Below are positions 34,888-44,911 of a DNA stretch of 64,000 bases, piece by piece. The notes under the pieces were generated by a model, which did not search any database, was not told where the DNA came from, and saw only the letters and a program-made list of their open reading frames with translations. Numbering within the stretch: the stretch's first letter is position 1; every line of letters starts with the position of its first letter. Source of the stretch: Myxococcota bacterium. Lineage in GTDB: Bacteria; Myxococcota; JAJVIH01. The translations under genes were made by a program, and so were the position numbers. The stretch covers positions 700 to 64,699 of the forward strand of contig JAJVIH010000021.1 in assembly GCA_022072125.1 (NCBI GenBank). The letters are read 5' to 3'.

Positions 34888-35529
34888 ATGTTACAGGCTC
34901 TGATATTTGATTGCGATGGCGTGCTGTTCGAGACGCACCAGGCCAATATCGCCTTTTACTCGGCGATCGTGGATCATTTTGGCCGCGAACCGCTGGATGA
35001 ACGGGAAATCCGCGAGGTGCAATACCTGTCCAGCCATGGCGCCATTGAAATGCTGCTCCGCAATCAACCCGGGCGGCTTCAGGAAGCCTTCGCCTACGCC
35101 CGCCAGATCGCCTCGACGCCAGAGGCCGCCCTGCGCCATGTCCGCCCGCCCAGCCAGATGCGTGAAGTGTTGCATGAACTATCCCGGCGGCGGCGCCTGG
35201 GCGTGGTGACCAACCGCGGCCCCAGCCTGCATGTTCTGCTCAACCACTTTGATATCGCCGGATTATTCTCCACCGCGGTGCATATCGGCCGGGTGAGGAG
35301 CCCCAAGCCCGATCCGGAAGGCCTGGAACTGGCCCTGGCGGAACTGGGTTTGTCCGCGGGAGAGGCGGCGTATATCGGGGATTCGCCGGTGGACGCCCAG
35401 GCGGCCCAGGCGGCTGGCGTCTGTTTTATCGGTTTTGGCCCCTTGATGCGCGGCCAGCGCCATCACGCCGGGGACTGGCGGCAGTTGCCCGGCGTGGTCG
35501 AGGCCGCCAGACTGGAGCAGGGCGGGTAA
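34888..35529 (+). CDS. HAD-family phosphatase
   Basis: FDCDGVL, VVTN, KPDPEG, YIGDS..D. Confidence 0.9.
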   Translation: MLQALIFDCDGVLFETHQANIAFYSAIVDHFGREPLDEREIREVQYLSSHGAIEMLLRNQPGRLQEAFAYARQIASTPEAALRHVRPPSQMREVLHELSRRRRLGVVTNRGPSLHVLLNHFDIAGLFSTAVHIGRVRSPKPDPEGLELALAELGLSAGEAAYIGDSPVDAQAAQAAGVCFIGFGPLMRGQRHHAGDWRQLPGVVEAARLEQGG

Positions 35530-35664
35530 CGGCCGGCGCGGCGAGGCCTGGTCTGGAATCCGGCCTGACGCCGGTTCTCCATGGGCTTGACTTGCCGGGC
35601 CGGGCGTGATTTTATCCTCGCCCCGCGCCTGTGCGCCGGGCAATATTTTTATGAGGAGTGCGTC

Positions 35665-35892
35665 ATGGCCCGCCGTTGTGAATTGACTGGCAAGCGTCCC
35701 CTGGTTGGCCACCGGGTGAGCCACGCCAACAACAAAACCAAGATGCGTCAGCTTCCCAACCTTCAGACCAAGCGCATTTGGGACGCCGAGACCGGCCGTT
35801 GGGTCCGTTTGCGCGTCTCCGCCAACGCCCTGCGCAGCATCAGCAAGCTGGGGCTGTCCGCCTTCGCCCGCAAGCAGGGCGTCGAAATCTGA
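35665..35892 (+). CDS. rpmB: 50S ribosomal protein L28
   Basis: [26 protein letters not shown]...PNLQ. Confidence 0.97.
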   Translation: MARRCELTGKRPLVGHRVSHANNKTKMRQLPNLQTKRIWDAETGRWVRLRVSANALRSISKLGLSAFARKQGVEI

Positions 35893-35910
35893 CCCGTACG
35901 GAGCGCCGCC

Positions 35911-36150
35911 ATGCCGATCTATGTGTATGAACACGTGGACGCCATGGGGGATCAATGCCCCGAAGCGTGGGAAGAACTGGAATCCATGTCGGCGGAGCCG
36001 CTGGCGAAATGCCCATGGTGCGGCTTGCAGGTTCGCCGGGCGCCCACGGGGTTTCATGCGTCCGTCAATATCCTGACCACCCGCAACATCAAGGAAAAAG
36101 GCTTCACCACGCTGGTTCGTAAGGGCAAAGGCCACTACGTCAAGGTATAG
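35911..36150 (+). CDS. FmdB-family zinc-ribbon protein
   Basis: MPIYVYE...CPWCG...KGFT. Confidence 0.75.
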   Translation: MPIYVYEHVDAMGDQCPEAWEELESMSAEPLAKCPWCGLQVRRAPTGFHASVNILTTRNIKEKGFTTLVRKGKGHYVKV

Positions 36151-36174
36151 GGCCGGCGTCCGGCGCCGCCTCCC

Positions 36175-37365
36175 GTGGTTTCCATGAAAAACCGGGATCG
36201 AAAGCGAAAGCTGCGGCGCAGGGCGGAAACCATTGGCGTTTTGCCTGGTTCGCTGGTGGCCGATCCGTCGGCCCATGTGCCGGTTGTGCGCGTGATGGCC
36301 TACGGCCCCGAAGCCCTGCTCGAAAAACGCATTGAACACCTGGACCAGATTCTGGAGTGGCGGGGGAAATACCCCGTGTTGTGGGTGCATGTGGATGGTC
36401 TGGGCGACGTCACCACCATCGGAAAACTAGGCGAGATATTCAATCTGCACCGGCTGGCGCTGGAAGATGTGGTGAATGTCCACCAGCGCGCCAAACTGGA
36501 GCAGTATCCTGATTACCTGTTTTTCGAGGCGCAGGTGTATCACTGCCGTCCCGCGGTGGAAACCGAGCAGTTCAGCATGTTCATTGGCAAGGATTTCGTG
36601 CTGACCTTTCTCGAAAGGCCGGGGGATTTCCTGGAGCCGGTGCGCGAACGGATCCGCCATTCACGCGGAAAATTGCGGGTCTGCTCCGCCGATTATCTGT
36701 CCTATTCGCTGATTGATCTCATCATGGACAATTATTTTCCGGTGCTGGAAACCTTCGGCGAAGCGCTGGACGCCATCGAAAACGCCATCATCAAGCGGCC
36801 GCACGAACTGGCGATGGAGGACATCCTCGCCGTGAAGCACCAGTTCCTGATGCTGCGTCGCGCCCTGTGGCCCGTGCGCGACGCCATCAACTCCCTGTAC
36901 CGCGAGCCTTCCATGATCATCTCTGAAGGCACGCGCGTCTATCTCCGCGACTGCTACGACCATGTTATCCAACTCATTGACCTGCTGGAAACCTATAGAG
37001 AAATCACTGCCGACCTGATGGACATGTACCACTCCTCGCTGAGCAACCGCATGAATGAAACCATGCAGGTGCTCACGGTGATCTCGACCATCTTCATTCC
37101 GCTCACATTCATTTCCAGCATCTACGGCATGAACTTCAACACAGAGACCTCGCCGTGGAACATGCCGGAGTTGAACTGGAAATACGGTTATCCCGCCGTG
37201 ATGGGACTGATGTTCGTCATCGCCATCGCCATGCTGATGGTCTTCCGCAAGCGCGGATGGCTCTCGCGCAAGGCGCTCCGGCGCATCGGCTTGACAGAAC
37301 GGCCCCCGGACGAGCATAGGAACGGCCCCCCAGGTGGAAACGATCAGGAAAGACCATCGTCATGA
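36175..37365 (+). CDS. corA: Magnesium/cobalt transporter CorA
   Basis: LHRLALEDV, QRAKLE, YGMNF signature and two C-terminal TM helices. Confidence 0.95.
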   Translation: MVSMKNRDRKRKLRRRAETIGVLPGSLVADPSAHVPVVRVMAYGPEALLEKRIEHLDQILEWRGKYPVLWVHVDGLGDVTTIGKLGEIFNLHRLALEDVVNVHQRAKLEQYPDYLFFEAQVYHCRPAVETEQFSMFIGKDFVLTFLERPGDFLEPVRERIRHSRGKLRVCSADYLSYSLIDLIMDNYFPVLETFGEALDAIENAIIKRPHELAMEDILAVKHQFLMLRRALWPVRDAINSLYREPSMIISEGTRVYLRDCYDHVIQLIDLLETYREITADLMDMYHSSLSNRMNETMQVLTVISTIFIPLTFISSIYGMNFNTETSPWNMPELNWKYGYPAVMGLMFVIAIAMLMVFRKRGWLSRKALRRIGLTERPPDEHRNGPPGGNDQERPSS

Positions 37366-38768
37366 CTCAGCCAAGGGTGCGTTTTGCGCCTTCGCCAACC
37401 GGATACCTGCATATTGGAGGAGCGCGCACGGCGCTATTCAATTACCTCTATGCGCGCCGTTTTGGCGGCAAATTCATCCTGCGCATTGAAGACACGGATT
37501 ACGAGCGATCCACGGAGGCCTCGGTGCAGGCAATTCTGGATGGGATGGCCTGGCTGGGCATTGATTTCGACGAAGGACCGTATTTCCAGTCGCGCCGGAT
37601 TGATCGCCACAAGGAGATGGCAGCGAAACTGCTGACCACGGGCCATGTTTACAAATGTTTTTGCACCAAGGAAGAAATCGCCGGACGGAAGGCCGAGTGG
37701 GAAAAAGAAAAAAAGGTCTGGCGTTATGATCGCAAATGCCGCGGCCTGCGGCCGGACCAGCATCCGGACAAACCATACGTCATCCGTTTCAAGACGCCGC
37801 TGACGGGCATGACCGCCTGGGATGACGGCATCCGCGGCCGGGTGTCATTCGCCAATGAAGAAATTGAGGATTTCGTGCTGGTGCGTTCCGATGGCACCCC
37901 GGTCTACAATTTCGTCGTGGTGGTGGACGATGTGGACATGGATGTGAACCTGGTCATCCGCGGCGAGGACCATATTTCCAACACGCCCAAACAGATCCTC
38001 ATCTATGAAGCGCTGGGGGCGGCGGTTCCCGGTTTCGCCCATTTGCCGCTGATTCTCAACAACGCCCGCCAGAAATACTCCAAGCGCGACGGCGCGGTCA
38101 GCGTGATGGGGTTCCGTGACGAGGGATTCCTGCCCCATGCGCTCTTCAATTACCTGGCGCGGCTGGGGTGGTCCCACGGCGACCAGGAAATCTTTTCCCG
38201 CGAAGAGTTGATCCAGTACTTCGATGTGAAGGATGTGAACAAGGCTGGCGGCGTTTTCAACATGGAAAAGCTGTTGTGGCTGAACAACCATTATATCAGG
38301 CAGCTTTCACCAGAGGAGTGCGCCCGCGAGGTGGTTCCTTTTCTGGCCGCTCTGGGGATAGACGCGGTGGATGATCCGCGGCTTCCCGCCCTCGTCAAAA
38401 GCCAGCAGGAGCGCGTGAAAACCCTCAAGGAACTGGCGTCCAGCCTGCAATTCTACTTCGGCGATGAAGTGGCGTTTGATCCAAAGGCGGCGGCGAAGTT
38501 CCTGACGCCGGAATATCTGCCGCTGTACGAGGAATTGCTGCGCCGCGTGGAGGCCGTTGGCGACTTCACCGAATCCAGCCTGGAGCCGCCTGTCAAGACG
38601 CTGGCGGAGGAGCGCGGCGAGGGACTGGGCAAGGTTGCCCAGCCGCTGCGCGCCGCCCTGACCGGGACCACGGTCAGCCCCGGTATTTTCGAGACCATGG
38701 TGCTGTTGGGGAGAGAGCGCTCATTGAAACGTTTGGGCGCCGCCATCCGGAAAATCCGGGGCCAGTGA
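37362..38768 (+). CDS. gltX: Glutamate-tRNA ligase
   Basis: VRFAPSPTGYLHIGG, LRIEDTD, IRGEDH, KYSKR (KMSKS-equivalent). Confidence 0.97.
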   Translation: MTQPRVRFAPSPTGYLHIGGARTALFNYLYARRFGGKFILRIEDTDYERSTEASVQAILDGMAWLGIDFDEGPYFQSRRIDRHKEMAAKLLTTGHVYKCFCTKEEIAGRKAEWEKEKKVWRYDRKCRGLRPDQHPDKPYVIRFKTPLTGMTAWDDGIRGRVSFANEEIEDFVLVRSDGTPVYNFVVVVDDVDMDVNLVIRGEDHISNTPKQILIYEALGAAVPGFAHLPLILNNARQKYSKRDGAVSVMGFRDEGFLPHALFNYLARLGWSHGDQEIFSREELIQYFDVKDVNKAGGVFNMEKLLWLNNHYIRQLSPEECAREVVPFLAALGIDAVDDPRLPALVKSQQERVKTLKELASSLQFYFGDEVAFDPKAAAKFLTPEYLPLYEELLRRVEAVGDFTESSLEPPVKTLAEERGEGLGKVAQPLRAALTGTTVSPGIFETMVLLGRERSLKRLGAAIRKIRGQ

Positions 38769-38879
38769 AAATTTCACTTTACAATTGGGTGAAAGTTGTG
38801 ATGATCCTCCGCCCGCGCCAGGCTGCACCGATTGGTTGAGGGAAAGTCCGGAACCCTACAGGACGCTTCGATCTTATTT

Positions 38880-39302
38880 ATGCAGAAGAAACCCCGTTTT
38901 CCGCACTCCCAGGAGTTGTTCCGGTTTGCAAAGGCCGTGCGCGCGCACCGGACAGGGGCCAAAAATGTCTCCGAAGTGGCTGATTATGAAGTAGGGCAGT
39001 TGCTGGGTTTTTCGCGGGACCTGACCTCGCGATTCAAAACCGGCGATCGCGATTATACCTCCGCCGCCGTGATTCACCGCCTGGCCGCCAGGTTGGAGAT
39101 GGATTGCGAACTCTTGCTGCGGGTCGCGGTGGGCGAACTCGACGCCGATCAGGCGATGAAGCTGCTGCAGAAAGGCGGGGGCGGCGAGGTGGTGCGCAAC
39201 GCCAATGGCAAGGCCATGTGTCGCATCACCAACCAGGGACTCAAGGTCGAGGATTTCCGCTGGATTCTGGAAAAAGTGACTTCCATCGCCCGCGGGGGAT
39301 AA
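38880..39302 (+). CDS. Hypothetical HTH-like protein
   Basis: PRFPHSQELFRF...EVGQLLGFS..LTSRFK.G is XRE-like helix spacing. Confidence 0.55.
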   Translation: MQKKPRFPHSQELFRFAKAVRAHRTGAKNVSEVADYEVGQLLGFSRDLTSRFKTGDRDYTSAAVIHRLAARLEMDCELLLRVAVGELDADQAMKLLQKGGGGEVVRNANGKAMCRITNQGLKVEDFRWILEKVTSIARGG

Positions 39303-39314
39303 GGCGGCCGCGGC

Positions 39315-40250
39315 ATGGGTGTTCCGGGGGCGATTCTGTTGGGACCGCAACGCTATGAGCCCACGTTGCGGGAGGCGGAGGGACGAATCCAGGCGGAGGG
39401 GCCCTGCGCGCTGATCACCGCCGGATGGCAGGACCGGGAAAACGACGACAAGGACATCCGCCAGCAGTTGACGGGCGAGGTTCGCAATCTGCGCCTGCAC
39501 GCCCGCAGCGACGCCGCCTTTCACGAGGACCGGGAACTCTTCCTCGCCCATCGCGCCAAGCAGGATCGCCTGCGCAAACTCCAGGAAATCTACCGCCTCC
39601 GTCTGGATCATCTGATTGACAGCCACCAGGAACTGTGCCGCTTTCAGGCCCCGGCGGACCTGCTGGAGCCGGCCAAGGATGGCCTGGTTCAGGCCATCCG
39701 CGATCTGGAACTGGAGCACCTGGTGCGTATCCGGGAAATCCACGCGGAATTCGAGGATCAGTGGAAACCGCTGGAGCGCCAGGCGGTCGCCCGCCAGATC
39801 CGCGAGATCGAGGATGCGGTCAGGGAGTGCCCGGTCATCGTGGTGGCGGGCGGAAATGTGGCGGTGTTGCTCAACCGCATGCGCCTGTTCGATATCGGAC
39901 GCTGGGTGGAAGGCAAGTGGATCATCGCCTGGTCGGCGGGGGCGATGGCGATTTCGGAGCGGCTGGTGCTGTTCCATGACAATCCGCCGCAGGGGACGGG
40001 GCACGCCGAACTCTTTGACGCCGGGGCGGGGATTTGCACCGGCCTGATTCCCTTGCCGCATGCGCGATCCCGGCTGCGGCTGGACGACAAACTCCGGGTT
40101 TCGCTGCTGGCCCAGCGATTCGCCCCCGATCTGTGCATGACGCTGGATGATGGATCCATGCTGGAGTGGCGGGACGGCCGCTGGACCAGCGCGGAGCATG
40201 TGCAGGTGCTGCGCCGGGACGGCCGCGTGACGCCGGCGGTGGAAAGATGA
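39315..40250 (+). CDS. Peptidase S51 / class I glutamine-amidotransferase-like protein
   Basis: VVAGGNV, nucleophile elbow WSAGA, IPLPHA. Confidence 0.75.
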   Translation: MGVPGAILLGPQRYEPTLREAEGRIQAEGPCALITAGWQDRENDDKDIRQQLTGEVRNLRLHARSDAAFHEDRELFLAHRAKQDRLRKLQEIYRLRLDHLIDSHQELCRFQAPADLLEPAKDGLVQAIRDLELEHLVRIREIHAEFEDQWKPLERQAVARQIREIEDAVRECPVIVVAGGNVAVLLNRMRLFDIGRWVEGKWIIAWSAGAMAISERLVLFHDNPPQGTGHAELFDAGAGICTGLIPLPHARSRLRLDDKLRVSLLAQRFAPDLCMTLDDGSMLEWRDGRWTSAEHVQVLRRDGRVTPAVER

Positions 40251-41383
40251 GTCTGGCGATCCGGCAGTTCCTGGCCTCGCCCAAGGTGGATGAGCCGGCG
40301 GTGGATCGCTTCCTCGCCTCCCACCGCTTTCCGGTTTGCGAAGGCACGACCACCACCTTTGTCTGGCGCGGCGAGGCGGAAGACGTGCAACTCCAGCACT
40401 GGGTGTACGGACTTCCCTCGTCTCAGAAATTCGAGCGGATAGCGGGAACCACCCTATGGTACCTGATCATCGAACTGCCGCCAGGCTCCCGCATTGAGTA
40501 CAAACTCAACGTGGTGCGGGACGGCAAGACCCAGTGGATGCAGGATCCGCTCAACCCGCTGCTGGCGCACGATCCCTTTGGCGCCAACTCGGTGGTGCAA
40601 TGTCCGGGATACGAGGTTCCTGACTGGATTCACCACGATCCGCAGGCGATGTCCGGCGAGTTGTTGGACTTCCACCTGCACAGCAAATGCCTGGCGGACC
40701 GGAGAAGGCTGACGGTCTATCTGCCGCCGCGTTTCCGCAAAACCCGGCGTTATCCGCTTCTGGTGGTTCACGACGGCGGGGATTACCTCAACTTCGCCCG
40801 CATGAAAGTGGTGATGGACAACCTGATCCACCGCCTGGAAGTGTCTTCCATGATCGTGGCGTTCACCTATCCGGAGCACCGGCTGGTGGAGTATCCCGAC
40901 AATCCCTTTCATGCGAAATTCATCGCCGAGGAAGTATGCCCGTTCATCGAGGGGCGTTTTCCCATCAATGATTCGCCGGCGGCCCGGGGGTTGATGGGCG
41001 CCAGCTTCGGGGCGGTGGCCTCGCTGGCCTGCGCGTGGCGGTATCCTGGCAAGTTCGGGAGATTGCTGCTGCAATCGGGCTCGTTCGCCTTCACGGATAT
41101 CGGCACGCACTGGCGCGGCCCCACCTTCGAGCCGGTGGTGCGGTTCGTGAACGCCTTCCGCGACAATCCCGGCCGGCCCAGCGATCGCATTTACCTCAGT
41201 TGTGGGATGTACGAATCGCTGATATATGAAAATCGTTCCATCCTTCCCTTGCTCCAGGCCACGGGCATGGAGGTCAAGTACACGGAAGTGCGCGACGGGC
41301 ACAACTGGGAAAACTGGCGCGACCGCTTGCGCGAAGGGTTGTCCTGGTTGTTTCCGGGACCGCTGTGGATGGTATATGAATAG
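40247..41383 (+). CDS. Alpha/beta hydrolase (enterochelin-esterase-like) with an N-terminal Ig-like domain
   Basis: RIEYK, DPLNP, VYLPP, GASFG, DGHNW. Confidence 0.85.
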   Translation: MSLAIRQFLASPKVDEPAVDRFLASHRFPVCEGTTTTFVWRGEAEDVQLQHWVYGLPSSQKFERIAGTTLWYLIIELPPGSRIEYKLNVVRDGKTQWMQDPLNPLLAHDPFGANSVVQCPGYEVPDWIHHDPQAMSGELLDFHLHSKCLADRRRLTVYLPPRFRKTRRYPLLVVHDGGDYLNFARMKVVMDNLIHRLEVSSMIVAFTYPEHRLVEYPDNPFHAKFIAEEVCPFIEGRFPINDSPAARGLMGASFGAVASLACAWRYPGKFGRLLLQSGSFAFTDIGTHWRGPTFEPVVRFVNAFRDNPGRPSDRIYLSCGMYESLIYENRSILPLLQATGMEVKYTEVRDGHNWENWRDRLREGLSWLFPGPLWMVYE

Positions 41384-41403
41384 TTCCGACCGAGGAGGGA
41401 GTC

Positions 41404-42660
41404 ATGGCCAACGTCACCCGCCGCATTGGCCTGTCACTGGGCGCCGACCTGTGCTGGCCCGCCTGTTACGAGGAAATCCTCAAGCGGCTCAAGTTATCCA
41501 TTCCGGTGGATGGCGACGCCGTTTCATTCGAGACCGAACGGGTCACCATCGAGCCTTTTGATCTGTCTCAGCCGGTCAAATACGACCTGATCATTGACCG
41601 CTTGACCCACTGGCTGCCCATCACCCGCGAATGGATCAAGAAAGCAGTGGTGATGAACGGCGCCTACGTGCTGAATAATCCCTTCGCCATCCAGGCGATG
41701 GAGAAGAACACCACCTACGTGGCGATGATGCACCTGGGTCTGCCCGTGCCGCCCACGTGGATGATCCCCAACAAACAGCACAAATACCACGCTGATCTGC
41801 AGGTCACCCTGAACCGGTACGCGCGGTTGTTTGACCTTGGCGAGGTGGGCGAGAAGGTGGGGTATCCGCTGTTCATGAAGCCCTACGACGGCGGCGGATG
41901 GCAGGGGGTCAGCAAGATAGACAACGAACAGGAACTGCGCGTCGCCTATGAAAAGAGCGGCGAATACCTGATGTTGCTGCAGAAGGCGATCACGCCGTTT
42001 GATCTCTTCGTGCGCTGCGTCGGCGTGGGCCCGCAGGTCAACGTGATCAAGTACAACCCGGACGCGCCGTTGCACGACCGGTACACCGTCGCGTTCAATT
42101 TCGTGGACGCGGAAGAATGGTCGCTGCTCACCGACATGACGCTGACCATCAACACCTTTTTTGGCTGGGATTTCAATTCCTGCGAAGCCCTGCGCAAGGA
42201 CGGCATGTTCTATCCCATTGATTTCGCCAATGCCTGCCCGGATTCGCAGGTCACCTCGCTGCATTACCATTTCCCGTGGCTGGTCAAGGCGATCATGCGC
42301 TGGACCATCTTCTGCGCCGCCACCCGGCGCCAGATGCCGCGCATGCTCGACTGGCAGCCGTTCTATGACATCCAGCAGCAGGACCTGCCTTTCCGCGAAA
42401 AACTCCGCGCCTACGCCGATTTGGGCCGCAAGCGCCTGGAGGCGGATCGTTTCGAGGAGTTTTGCCAAAAGCACCTCGCCCACCTGGACGAAGCGGCCTG
42501 GGAGTTTTTTGGCTCAGACCGGGCGAAGGAAATTGTCCGGGCCAAGACCGCGGCGCTTTATCCGGCGCACGAGGTGGAGCAGTTCACCGAACATTTCTTC
42601 GGAATGGTGGGTTTCTGGCGGAAGACCGAATCCGACCGGCTGGCTTTGGGGAAATCATGA
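41404..42660 (+). CDS. RimK-like ATP-grasp ligase
   Basis: IIDRLTHW, NNPF, PPTWMIP, GYPLFMKPYDGGGW, PIDFAN. Confidence 0.82.
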   Translation: MANVTRRIGLSLGADLCWPACYEEILKRLKLSIPVDGDAVSFETERVTIEPFDLSQPVKYDLIIDRLTHWLPITREWIKKAVVMNGAYVLNNPFAIQAMEKNTTYVAMMHLGLPVPPTWMIPNKQHKYHADLQVTLNRYARLFDLGEVGEKVGYPLFMKPYDGGGWQGVSKIDNEQELRVAYEKSGEYLMLLQKAITPFDLFVRCVGVGPQVNVIKYNPDAPLHDRYTVAFNFVDAEEWSLLTDMTLTINTFFGWDFNSCEALRKDGMFYPIDFANACPDSQVTSLHYHFPWLVKAIMRWTIFCAATRRQMPRMLDWQPFYDIQQQDLPFREKLRAYADLGRKRLEADRFEEFCQKHLAHLDEAAWEFFGSDRAKEIVRAKTAALYPAHEVEQFTEHFFGMVGFWRKTESDRLALGKS

Positions 42661-43388
42661 ACAAGGAAGTCATGCGCTGGTATTCCCCGCGCATTCAGCA
42701 GCACATCACGGCGGTCCGGTGGGGTCATTACGGCAAGCCGGTTCTGATTTTCCCCACCGCGGGAGGCGACGCCGAGGAAATCGAGCGCTTTCACCTGATC
42801 GGGGCCATCCGCCACCTGATTGATGCCGGCCGCATCAAGGTGTATTCCTGCGACAGCGTGTCAGGCCGCGTGTGGACCGATGGCAAGAGCAGCGGCCAGC
42901 ACCGCGCCTGGATGCAGAACCGCTACGACGAGTTTATCTGTCACGAGATGGTTCCCGCCATCCGCATGGATTGCCGCGGCGCGGAATCGCCCATCACCAC
43001 GGTTGGCGCTTCCATCGGGGCGTTCAACGCGGTGGCGGCCGTCTGCCGCCATCCGGAAATCTTCCACACAGCCATTGGCATGAGCGGCACCTATGATCTG
43101 GAGAAGTGGACAAATGGACAGGGTGGTCCGGAATTTTACTTCTGTTCGCCCATGCACTTCCTGCCCAACCTGGGAGAAGGCCCGCACCTTTCCGCCTTGC
43201 GCAAATGCTTCATCCTGATGGCTTATGGCGAGGGGAGGTGGGAGAACCCAGCCCATTCGTGGCGGCTGGCCGGTATCCTGGGCGCCAAGGGCGTTCCCAA
43301 CTACGTGGACAACTGGGGTCCGGGCTGGGATCACGACTGGCCAAGCTGGCGGAAATTCCTTCCCGGTTATCTGGAGCGGATGTCGTAA
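42657..43388 (+). CDS. Putative esterase (alpha/beta hydrolase)
   Basis: WGHYGKPVLIFPT.GG, GASIGAFNA, HDW..W. Confidence 0.85.
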   Translation: MNKEVMRWYSPRIQQHITAVRWGHYGKPVLIFPTAGGDAEEIERFHLIGAIRHLIDAGRIKVYSCDSVSGRVWTDGKSSGQHRAWMQNRYDEFICHEMVPAIRMDCRGAESPITTVGASIGAFNAVAAVCRHPEIFHTAIGMSGTYDLEKWTNGQGGPEFYFCSPMHFLPNLGEGPHLSALRKCFILMAYGEGRWENPAHSWRLAGILGAKGVPNYVDNWGPGWDHDWPSWRKFLPGYLERMS

Positions 43389-43396
43389 GGCGGCCC

Positions 43397-44617
43397 ATGA
43401 ATATCATTTTCATCGCTCCCCATTTTCCCGCCAATCAGGTGCGTTTTGTCCGCGCACTCAAGGATGTGGGCGCCCACGTCACGGGCGTCGGCGACGCGCC
43501 GGAGCACGCCATCCATTCCGGCGTTCGCGAATGTCTGGATGACTGGATTGAAATCGCCAATGTCACCGACGCCGGGCAACTGGAAAAGGCGGTCCGTCTG
43601 GCCCAGCGCCGGCGCTGGATTGACCGGCTTGAGGCGGTGGTCGAGGCCCATATGCTTCCCGCCGCCGTGGTGCGGGAGCGCACAGGTATTCCGGGGCTGG
43701 ATGTCCGTCAGGTGACGTTATGCCGCGACAAGGCCCTGATGAAGGAATTCCTCCGGAAGAATGGAGTTCCCTGCGCCCGCAGCGCCGGGGTTTCGACAAT
43801 CGCGGAGGCGGAGGCCTTCGCCCAGGAAACCGGCTTTCCGCTGATCATCAAGCCGCGGGATGGCGCGGGGGCGCAGGGCGCCGCCAAACTGCACGACATG
43901 AACGAATTGCGCCGGGCCTGCGAATCCTACCGGCTGGGAAAGGGCGGAACCGCTGTCATCGAGGAATTCAACGAGGGCCAGGAGGGCATCTTCGACACCC
44001 TGATGTGCCGGGGCGGCGTGGCGTTTGAAGGCGTGGCTTTTTATTATCCGGGCGTGTTGCCCGCCATGCGGAACCGTTGGGTCAACCCTCAGATCATCGC
44101 CGATAACCGCATCAACCGGCCGGATTATGATGAAGTCCGTGCGCTGGGCCGCAAGGTCAACGCAGCCCTCGGTCTGACCGACACCGCCACCCATATGGAG
44201 TGGTTTTTCGGTCCCAAGGGGTTGCGCTTTTCGGAAATCGGCGCCCGACCGCCAGGGGTGTCGTTCTGGGACTGCTACAACGCCTCCAACGACTTCGACA
44301 TTTACCACCACTGGGCTGAAATGGCGGCGCTGGGCCGCACGTTTCCCAATCCGTCGCGGCGTTATGCGGCGGGGCTGATGGCCCTGCGCCCCAACAAGGA
44401 CGGCGTGATCGCGGGGTATTCGGGCGTGGAGGAGTTGCAGGCCCAATACGGGGAGCGGGTGTTCAAGGCCCATCTCCCGCCGCCGGGAACGCCCACCCAG
44501 CCGGTGGAGCATGGCTTCATGGCCAACGCCTGGGTGATGGTGAAACACCCCGATTATGACCAGCTTCGCCTGATCATGGATGACATTGGACGGCGCCTCA
44601 AGGTATGGGCCCGCTGA
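43397..44617 (+). CDS. ATP-grasp domain protein (second ligase)
   Basis: CRDKALMKE, GFPLIIKPRDGAGA, IEEF, HMEWF, FSEIGARPPG. Confidence 0.85.
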   Translation: MNIIFIAPHFPANQVRFVRALKDVGAHVTGVGDAPEHAIHSGVRECLDDWIEIANVTDAGQLEKAVRLAQRRRWIDRLEAVVEAHMLPAAVVRERTGIPGLDVRQVTLCRDKALMKEFLRKNGVPCARSAGVSTIAEAEAFAQETGFPLIIKPRDGAGAQGAAKLHDMNELRRACESYRLGKGGTAVIEEFNEGQEGIFDTLMCRGGVAFEGVAFYYPGVLPAMRNRWVNPQIIADNRINRPDYDEVRALGRKVNAALGLTDTATHMEWFFGPKGLRFSEIGARPPGVSFWDCYNASNDFDIYHHWAEMAALGRTFPNPSRRYAAGLMALRPNKDGVIAGYSGVEELQAQYGERVFKAHLPPPGTPTQPVEHGFMANAWVMVKHPDYDQLRLIMDDIGRRLKVWAR

Positions 44618-44630
44618 CCGGAAGACACCG

Positions 44631-44888
44631 ATGAATCGCCGCGAGTTTCTGATTATTTCCGCCGTGACCAGCGCCGCCGCCGCCATTCCGGATGCGGTCA
44701 TGGGCGTGGAAACGCTTCCGGGTCTGGAAAAACCGGACGCAAAGGTGGAACCGCCCGGACCTTTCGCCATCACCGGCGGAGCCTATGAAGGATTTGAACA
44801 TGGAGATGGTTACGGCGCATTCCGCCGTTCGGTGGATTGCGGCGTGTTGAACCATTCCATGGGATGTTTGCACTGGTCGCGCAGTTAA
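44631..44888 (+). CDS. Small (85 aa) protein with a twin-arginine signal peptide
   Basis: MNRREFLIISAVTSAAAAIP is a Tat motif plus hydrophobic core; the ORF fills the gap before tldD, which has its own GGAG RBS. Confidence 0.6.
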   Translation: MNRREFLIISAVTSAAAAIPDAVMGVETLPGLEKPDAKVEPPGPFAITGGAYEGFEHGDGYGAFRRSVDCGVLNHSMGCLHWSRS

Positions 44889-44911
44889 ACCGGTTGACCG
44901 GGAGCTCACTC

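Noticed and set aside
38839-38862. GAGGGAAAGTCCGG resembling the RNase P RNA (rnpB) GAGGAAAGUCC motif
   Set aside because: Downstream conserved rnpB elements (CAGUGCAACAGA, the 3' AACAGAA...GGCUUA) are absent and the region runs into a plausible ORF.
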